From contig CBDBGT010000010.1 of the NCBI GenBank assembly GCA_965205365.1, forward strand, positions 328,048-392,047: DNA of 64,000 bases, in the 5' to 3' direction. The position numbers were made by a program, and so were the translations under genes. Positions 58,027 to 64,000 of this stretch are shown piece by piece (the stretch's first letter is position 1; each line of letters opens with the position of its first letter). The notes below the pieces were generated by a model. It did no database searches and was not told where the DNA came from. It saw only the letters and a program-made list of their open reading frames with translations. Origin of the DNA: Bdellovibrionales bacterium. Lineage in GTDB: Bacteria; Bdellovibrionota; Bdellovibrionia; Bdellovibrionales; UBA1609.

Positions 58027-58928
58027 AACAACTCCTTAGTTTTTTTAAACACCCTAAGTTTTGCACTTCTGGCACGTTTATTTCCTAATTCTTCTTGTTT
58101 TGTTGGCTTAATAACTTTTTTATAAATTAGTTTTCCTAAAACGCTATTTCTAAAATAGTGTTTAATCATCCTATCCTCTAAACTATGAAAACTAATAATT
58201 ATAAAAACACCTTCATCTCTAAGTTTTTCTGTATAGAATTCAAGAGCTTGACGAAGTTTTTCTAATTCAGCGTTAACATAAATTCTTAGAGCTTGAAAAT
58301 ATAATGTTGCTGGATGATGCCCTTTCTTCCTCCATCCACATTTTTTTTCAATTAAATTTGCGAGTTCTAATGTTGTTTCAAATTTTTTCTTAATTCTAAA
58401 CTCTTGAATACCTTCTAATAATTTATCTGAAGCATAGACTTCCCCATATTTAAGGAAAATTTCTCGTAACTCTTGAGAAGTTTTTTCATTCATAATATCT
58501 GCAGCTGTTTCACCAATACTCTGATTCATTCTCATATCTAGTGGTCCATCATTGTAAAAGCTAAAACCTCTGTTTGCATTATCAAGCTGAGGAGAGCTTA
58601 CTCCTATATCAAAAAACACAAAATCTAAATCTTTTTTTAATAAATTTTGTACTCTTTGTGTATCTGAAAAATTTCCATGAAGAAGCTCTAACCTCTCGTT
58701 AACAAGGTAGTGCTTATACTCAGATTTTGCGTACTCAATAGCCTCTATATCTTGATCAATGCCTAAAATTTTAAAATTTGGAAAAGACTCTAATATTGCA
58801 CTCCCATGTCCTCCCCTTCCAAACGTTGCATCAATACCAAAAGTATTTTTTTCAATATCAAGATTTTCTTTAAAGATTTTTAAAGTTTCTTTTAAAAGAA
58901 TAGGCTTATGCAGCTGGCTTAAGTTCAT
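58023..58928 (-). CDS. rsmH: 16S rRNA (cytosine1402-N4)-methyltransferase
   Basis: It has HKPILLKE... and GIDATFGRGGHGSAILE. I chose the start at Met24 (MNLSQLHKP) of track ORF 58023-58997. Confidence 0.85.
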   Translation of the reverse strand: MNLSQLHKPILLKETLKIFKENLDIEKNTFGIDATFGRGGHGSAILESFPNFKILGIDQDIEAIEYAKSEYKHYLVNERLELLHGNFSDTQRVQNLLKKDLDFVFFDIGVSSPQLDNANRGFSFYNDGPLDMRMNQSIGETAADIMNEKTSQELREIFLKYGEVYASDKLLEGIQEFRIKKKFETTLELANLIEKKCGWRKKGHHPATLYFQALRIYVNAELEKLRQALEFYTEKLRDEGVFIIISFHSLEDRMIKHYFRNSVLGKLIYKKVIKPTKQEELGNKRARSAKLRVFKKTKELL

Positions 58929-59445
58929 GCTCTTTCTCCTCTTTAAGCTTAGTTTTATCAAAACCATTAACCCAGCCTTCAAGATCCTCAAAATCATTTA
59001 TAAAGTCATTTAACACCCCTGCCCACAAATCAGCCGACCAGAGTTCAATCTTATTCTCTAAATTTATAACAACAGCTTTTTTTCCAAGCTTGATTAGTTT
59101 TCTTTGAAAACCTGGAATAATCACCCTATTCTGCTTATCAATACTAACCTTTGAACTTCCACTGGATAAAAACCTTTTATATGCTTTAAGCCTTGGGTCT
59201 TTTTGAAAGGGGCCTTGAAGAGTGCTCATTTTTTCTTTCCACTCTTTAATGGTAAGAAGCTCTAAAAATGATTTTTTTACAAAAACACCCACACTTAAAA
59301 TAAGCTCATTATTGGGAAACAAACCTAAGGCTGAGGAAGGTAGGGAAAACCTTCCTTTTTCATCTACTCTAATCTCTGCCTGTCCTAACCAATTTTCCAC
59401 TTTCTTCCACCATTTTCCTTTTATTTCCTTTCGGCTCCACCGCAA
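58906..59445 (-). CDS. mraZ: transcriptional regulator MraZ
   Basis: There are two (D/N)xxxR-type MraZ half-domains: DEKGRFSLP, and DKQNRVIIP in the second half. The likely true start is GTG 59400 (MENWLGQAEIRVDEKGR). Confidence 0.8.
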   Translation of the reverse strand: MRWSRKEIKGKWWKKVENWLGQAEIRVDEKGRFSLPSSALGLFPNNELILSVGVFVKKSFLELLTIKEWKEKMSTLQGPFQKDPRLKAYKRFLSSGSSKVSIDKQNRVIIPGFQRKLIKLGKKAVVINLENKIELWSADLWAGVLNDFINDFEDLEGWVNGFDKTKLKEEKEHELKPAA

Positions 59446-59559
59446 TAAACTTGAAAAATAGGTTCTTTTTTGTTTCTACTTGATACAAACCGGCCCAAAG
59501 TCCTATTAATTATTTTAATTAAACAGCGAATAGACGTATAATACTAAAGGGAGTAGAGC

Positions 59560-60399
59560 TTGATCGTATCATGTCCAAATTGCTTTTTAGAACAACCACT
59601 TGATCACTATTGTGCTGCTTGTGGCAAAGAGCTTCGAAAACTCATTAATGAAAAAAATAAAAATATATCTCTTAGAACAAAAAAAACTCAATTTACAATT
59701 GTATTTCTTCTTCTAATTTTTTTAAATGCTGTATACCTATACTACTCTAACAATAAAACTAAAACTCATCTTCTTCCTCAAAACAGTAGTAATGAACAGA
59801 CTCAAGTAAAGCTTGCTCTACCAAAAGACTATATCAAAAGAAGAAAACCTGATTCTAAAACTCATACTGTTGAAAAAATAAAAAAACCTATAAAACAAAC
59901 CCTTAAACAAGAAAGTTTTTTAAAAAACAATGCCCCTGTTGAGGAAAAAACCCCCAAGAAAATTAAAGCATTTTACTTTCTTTCTCTTCAACACTGTAAC
60001 AGCACACCTCTAACCGGTGAGCTTAACAACAGTCAGTATATAAAACTAATGAAATGTGCAGTCATACATTTTAAAACATCTAATATGAAAATTGAAGAAA
60101 TATTAGATGAAGCTCCTTCTTTTGCCACACAGTTTTCAATAAACCTAGAGAAAAACTTTATTAAGCTTAATTTTATTTTAACAACAGATCTTTATATTGA
60201 AGAATTTAAACACACCCTTGCCTTAAACCTTAAACTTAAATCACCTGCTACAATCTGGGCAGCTACCAGACACAACGTTGAATCCATAGAGCCTCCCACT
60301 GAAGATATGCTTGCAAGTTATGCAACTTTAACACTCTTTAACTTCTCAACTGAGGAAGAGCCTTTTCCAAAACTTTATTTTCTTGCCTCATATAAGTAA
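59560..60399 (+). CDS. hypothetical membrane protein with an N-terminal zinc-ribbon
   Basis: CPNC...CAACG, then one TM helix; 279 aa. Confidence 0.45.
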   Translation: MIVSCPNCFLEQPLDHYCAACGKELRKLINEKNKNISLRTKKTQFTIVFLLLIFLNAVYLYYSNNKTKTHLLPQNSSNEQTQVKLALPKDYIKRRKPDSKTHTVEKIKKPIKQTLKQESFLKNNAPVEEKTPKKIKAFYFLSLQHCNSTPLTGELNNSQYIKLMKCAVIHFKTSNMKIEEILDEAPSFATQFSINLEKNFIKLNFILTTDLYIEEFKHTLALNLKLKSPATIWAATRHNVESIEPPTEDMLASYATLTLFNFSTEEEPFPKLYFLASYK

Positions 60400-60438
60400 A
60401 AGATTGCAGGCTTAGTCTCCATTAGATAGCCTTCCTAC

Positions 60439-61050
60439 ATGAGCACCACTTTCCCTACAACCAACAACAACCCTGGCTGGCTTAAGGTTATTACTGGATG
60501 TATGTTCAGTGGTAAAACCGAAGAGCTCATTAAACTCACAAAAAAAGCTCAATTTGCCCATAAAAAAATTCAAATATTCAAACCTTATTTAGACAACAGA
60601 TACAAATTAGATTTTATAGTTTCCCATAATAATTTAAAGCTTCCTTGTGAAATCATTGAAGAGGCCGTAGAAATCTTAAAAGTTTTAAAACCTGACACTG
60701 AATTTATTGCTATTGATGAAGTTCAATTTCTAGATGAGAATATTGTAAAAATAGCTTCAGACCTGGCAGGTGCTGGAAAACAGGTGGTTTGTGCAGGCCT
60801 AGATACTGATTGGCAAGGCAAGCCTTTTCACCCCATGCCTTTACTCCTAGCTTCTGCTGATGTAATTAAAAAACAATATGCTGTTTGTACTAAGTGTGGA
60901 GCACCAGCAATCCGAACACAAAGAACTGTTTATTCTGATAAAAATATTTTAATTGGCTCTGGTAAAGCATACCAAGCAAGATGCAGAATACACTTTAATC
61001 CTCTTAAGCATATAAATAAAACCACAGATCCACTGGAGGCAGTATTATGA
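60439..61050 (+). CDS. tdk: thymidine kinase
   Basis: 203 aa with GCMFSGKTEELI (P-loop), IDEVQF and C-terminal zinc cysteines (CTKCG...). Confidence 0.9.
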   Translation: MSTTFPTTNNNPGWLKVITGCMFSGKTEELIKLTKKAQFAHKKIQIFKPYLDNRYKLDFIVSHNNLKLPCEIIEEAVEILKVLKPDTEFIAIDEVQFLDENIVKIASDLAGAGKQVVCAGLDTDWQGKPFHPMPLLLASADVIKKQYAVCTKCGAPAIRTQRTVYSDKNILIGSGKAYQARCRIHFNPLKHINKTTDPLEAVL

Positions 61051-61586
61051 TGGGCGATAAACTTACAACTTTAATTGAAGAATCAAAAATTAAAACTGCT
61101 GTTGCAAATCTAGGGGCAAAACTTGGTGAAAGCTTAAATTTTGACAAACCTCCTATTTTCATTTGTGTTTTAAACGGCGCTAGTTTTTTCTTTGCAGATT
61201 TAATCCGTGAGTATCCCCACGATTGTAAAGTAGATTTTATAGGATGCTCTAGCTACGGTGAATCTAAAACTTCCAGTGGTGAGGTAAAAATCACCTATGA
61301 CTTATCTCTTTTAATCAAAAATGAAAACATCATTCTTGTTGAAGATATTGTTGACACCGGCTACACTCTTAAATTCCTACATAAGTTTTTAAACGCTCGA
61401 GAACCAAAATCTATTACAACAGTAACTTTACTCAACAAGCCTGAAGCTTTAAAAACAAAAGCTCAAGTTGATCATTCTTGTTTTGAAATTGGCAATGAGT
61501 TTGTTGTTGGTTACGGCCTTGATTTTAATAATTGTTATAGAAATCACCCTAATATTGCTGTGTTAACAAATACAAATCTAAACTAA
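61047..61586 (+). CDS. hpt: hypoxanthine phosphoribosyltransferase
   Basis: 179 aa with the PRPP-binding motif ILVEDIVDTGYTL. It overlaps the tdk stop by 4 nt. Confidence 0.9.
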   Translation: MMGDKLTTLIEESKIKTAVANLGAKLGESLNFDKPPIFICVLNGASFFFADLIREYPHDCKVDFIGCSSYGESKTSSGEVKITYDLSLLIKNENIILVEDIVDTGYTLKFLHKFLNAREPKSITTVTLLNKPEALKTKAQVDHSCFEIGNEFVVGYGLDFNNCYRNHPNIAVLTNTNLN

Positions 61587-63004
61587 AGCTTTTCTAAGAA
61601 ATTATCAAAAGTTTGACGAGCATGAAACTGCTCACTATTTGAACCATTATATATGAAAGTAAATGCATACTCCTTACTTTCTTTTTTATAAAAACCTGAT
61701 AGCGCTGAAACACCTGCGAGTAAACCTGTTTTAGCTCTTACAAGACCTGGTATTTTACAAAGTCTATCTTTTAAAGTTCCATCAACACAAGATATTGGAA
61801 AAGATGATAAAAGTTCTGGAAAATACCCTTGGTCCTGTGTGGCCAATATAAACTTAGTAAAATCACCTGGTGACACTTGGTTTTTTCTACTCAAACCTGA
61901 AGCACTCTTATAAACAAGACCGTTAGAAAATGACGATACTTTTTTAAAATTAGCTTTTAAAACACTCAAGCCCCCTTTGTATGAACCAGAAGACTTTAAA
62001 ACTTCACCATGGCAAACCTTTGTCAGCATGTCTGCTATAAAGTTATTGGAGTGTTTCATCATTAGCGCAACCATTCCAGACATAGAATCACTTTCAATCT
62101 TTCCCACTTCAAAAAACCCCTCTGGAACTTTTAACCACAACACTGCGCCTGAAAATGTAATCCCTGCGCTTTTTAAAAACTCTTGAAATTGAGATTCAAA
62201 GTATTTTCTTGGCTTAAACACTCTCCTATAAATAGATATTTCTTTATCTAAAGCATCTTTTCCATAGAAAACAGATAGTGCCTCTTTATCTTTTAATTTT
62301 CTTATCTTTACTTGACTCTTTTTTTTAAATGACTTCCTACGCTTAAGATCAAAATAAGAGTTTCTTGGATCTGTGACCACATTTAACGTAGATCTATCTA
62401 AAAATCTAACTCGTATGGAGTTCCAGTTTAGGGCAAGGCCTGATAAAGCTGCGTTGTAAGCTCTTTGACCCCAATTTGTTCTACCACCAGCTAAAGGTTC
62501 TTTATCAAAAACACTGTCATCAAAAACTAAATCACCTTCAATTTTTTCAACACCCCATTTTTTAATTTCGTTTACCAACAGCCACATTTTTTCAGACACT
62601 AGAGTAGGATCTCCGCCACCTTGAATATAAAGATTTCCTTTTAAAATTTTTTCTTTTGGTTTTTTAGCAGAAAAAACTCTTGTTTCAATTTTTTTTTGCC
62701 CTCCAAAGAGTTCAAAAAGCCCCACACTTGTTAAAATTTTTGAAATAGATGCTGGAATAAATCTCTTATTCTCATTATGAACAAAGACTGGCTTCCATAA
62801 GCCTGAAGAGGGCTCTTTTTTATACATACTGATTCCAAATTTATTTAAATTTAGTTTTTTTGAAGTTAAAGAAGATTTAAATATCTTTTCATAGTCCTTA
62901 GTGACAGCAAAAACATTATTACTTAAGCTAAACAGAATGAAAAATAAGAAAATAACCATAGTCTTTATCATACCTATTTTTTCCTTTTTTCTTAACAGTT
63001 GCAA
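61583..63004 (-). CDS. dacB: D-alanyl-D-alanine carboxypeptidase/endopeptidase (PBP4, peptidase S13)
   Basis: 473 aa with a signal peptide, PASISKILT (SxxK), YIQGGGDPTL and RAKTGLL (KTG). Confidence 0.8.
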   Translation of the reverse strand: MQLLRKKEKIGMIKTMVIFLFFILFSLSNNVFAVTKDYEKIFKSSLTSKKLNLNKFGISMYKKEPSSGLWKPVFVHNENKRFIPASISKILTSVGLFELFGGQKKIETRVFSAKKPKEKILKGNLYIQGGGDPTLVSEKMWLLVNEIKKWGVEKIEGDLVFDDSVFDKEPLAGGRTNWGQRAYNAALSGLALNWNSIRVRFLDRSTLNVVTDPRNSYFDLKRRKSFKKKSQVKIRKLKDKEALSVFYGKDALDKEISIYRRVFKPRKYFESQFQEFLKSAGITFSGAVLWLKVPEGFFEVGKIESDSMSGMVALMMKHSNNFIADMLTKVCHGEVLKSSGSYKGGLSVLKANFKKVSSFSNGLVYKSASGLSRKNQVSPGDFTKFILATQDQGYFPELLSSFPISCVDGTLKDRLCKIPGLVRAKTGLLAGVSALSGFYKKESKEYAFTFIYNGSNSEQFHARQTFDNFLEKL

Positions 63005-63017
63005 GCGTCAAAATTAT

Positions 63018-64000
63018 ATGCAAAAAGATTCAAACTTGATATCAGTAGCACTAGGCTCTCCACCTTCGTCTATAAATCCAACTAAAGCCACAGACGCTAC
63101 TGGAATGAGATTAGTCTCTCTTATCTACCAAGGTCTTGTTCGTATTGGTCTTGATTTAAAACCTACCAGTGATCTTGCACATACATGGAAAACTAAAGGC
63201 AAAACCCACACCTTTTATATATCTTCTAAAATAAATTTTTCAGATGGCAGCCCACTCTCCTGCCAAGATTTAAAACAAAGTATTTTAAACTTTCAAAATA
63301 AACAATGCCCTTTTAATTCAGTATTTAAAGATATTACTAATATCACCTGCTTTAAAAATGACGTTGATTTTGTTCTGTCTTTTAACACACCTACAAATTC
63401 AGAAAAATTTCTCTTAGCAGATCTCCCTGTTCTTAAAATACAAAAAGGAAGCTTAGGCACAGGAGCCTATACTATTTCTGAAAACAAACCCACACACACC
63501 ACTCTTAAAAAAAACCCTTTTTATTCAAACCCTCAAAAATATAATATCAAACTCTTCTACATAAAAGATGATCTTGCTAGATTTTTAAAAATCTACAAAG
63601 GAGAAATCGACATTGCTCCAAACTCCATACCTATTGAAAAAGTCAGGTCCTTTTTAAAGACTCCATTAATGGTTCTAGAAAAGCCCTCTCTTTCTACCAC
63701 TTATCTTTTAATTAACTTTAAAAACAAGGCTCTTAAATCTCTAGCTGTTCGAAAAAAAATATATCAAGCTCTAAATATTCCTGAACTAGTCACACACAGA
63801 TTTGATAACCATGTTACATTAGCAAAATCTCTGCTCTCTCCAGAACACCCCTATTACTCTATAAACTTAAACAGCATTCACCACACTAGTAATGATGAAA
63901 ACTTGTCTATCCCCACTCTCATTTTTAAAACTTCAAATGCCAGACAAACCAGAGAAACCGCAAAAATTATGATGCACACACTCAAAACACAAAAAATTAA
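63018..64000 (+). CDS. ABC transporter substrate-binding protein, family 5 (peptide/nickel type), partial
   Basis: My own translation from ATG 63018 gives MQKDSNLISVALGSPPSSINPTKATDATGMRLVSLIYQGLVRIGLDLKPTSDLAHTW... The frame is open to the window end and is not in the track because it has no stop. Confidence 0.6.
   Translation, partial: MQKDSNLISVALGSPPSSINPTKATDATGMRLVSLIYQGLVRIGLDLKPTSDLAHTWKTKGKTHTFYISSKINFSDGSPLSCQDLKQSILNFQNKQCPFNSVFKDITNITCFKNDVDFVLSFNTPTNSEKFLLADLPVLKIQKGSLGTGAYTISENKPTHTTLKKNPFYSNPQKYNIKLFYIKDDLARFLKIYKGEIDIAPNSIPIEKVRSFLKTPLMVLEKPSLSTTYLLINFKNKALKSLAVRKKIYQALNIPELVTHRFDNHVTLAKSLLSPEHPYYSINLNSIHHTSNDENLSIPTLIFKTSNARQTRETAKIMMHTLKTQKI

Overview
AT-rich chromosomal window of Gram-negative type (lipoboxes, class-III prepilin signals, mraZ-rsmH-ftsL-ftsI). 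I cannot assign a taxon from the sequence alone. Housekeeping blocks: NtrY-like sensor kinase (partial), ribE-ribB(A)-ribH, POT transporter, purT, clpB, the start of the dcw cluster, tdk-hpt, dacB, and a partial ABC substrate-binding protein. These frame three accessory regions. (1) 3.5-19.0 kb holds seven paralogous lipoprotein genes. They share an almost identical ~215-bp upstream cassette and signal peptide. Six carry a long poly-G tract (G11-G24) right after the signal peptide. By frame arithmetic one is ON, five are OFF, and a seventh copy with no tract is fixed ON. The array is split by a ~6.2-kb mosaic of IS fragments, a HigB/HigA-like TA pair and a decayed Abi-like gene. (2) 23.5-31.7 kb holds two paralogous secreted proteins with a metzincin-like domain and 6-7 Ig-like repeats. 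One has lost the HExxH motif; the other keeps it but is split by an IS982 element. (3) 39.9-50.1 kb is a type IV pilin-like cluster containing a three-unit tandem array. Unit 1 has an intact small gene X plus an internally deleted large pilin-like gene. Units 2 and 3 have a full-length ~480-aa pilin-like gene with no start codon of its own. Each is fused behind a short X-derived leader through a C23 or C25 tract, and both would be in frame at C24. Mobile DNA is about one sixth of the window by my tally: ISL3 x2 (identical), IS982 x4 plus one MITE-like derivative, IS1595, IS1380, and IS3/IS5/IS256/IS630-like remnants. Most intact elements have recognisable target-site duplications. The main candidate system is a homopolymer-tract phase-variation network on exported proteins, possibly combined with cassette recombination at the pilin-like locus. 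All tract lengths are taken from the given sequence, and homopolymer lengths are error-prone in assemblies.
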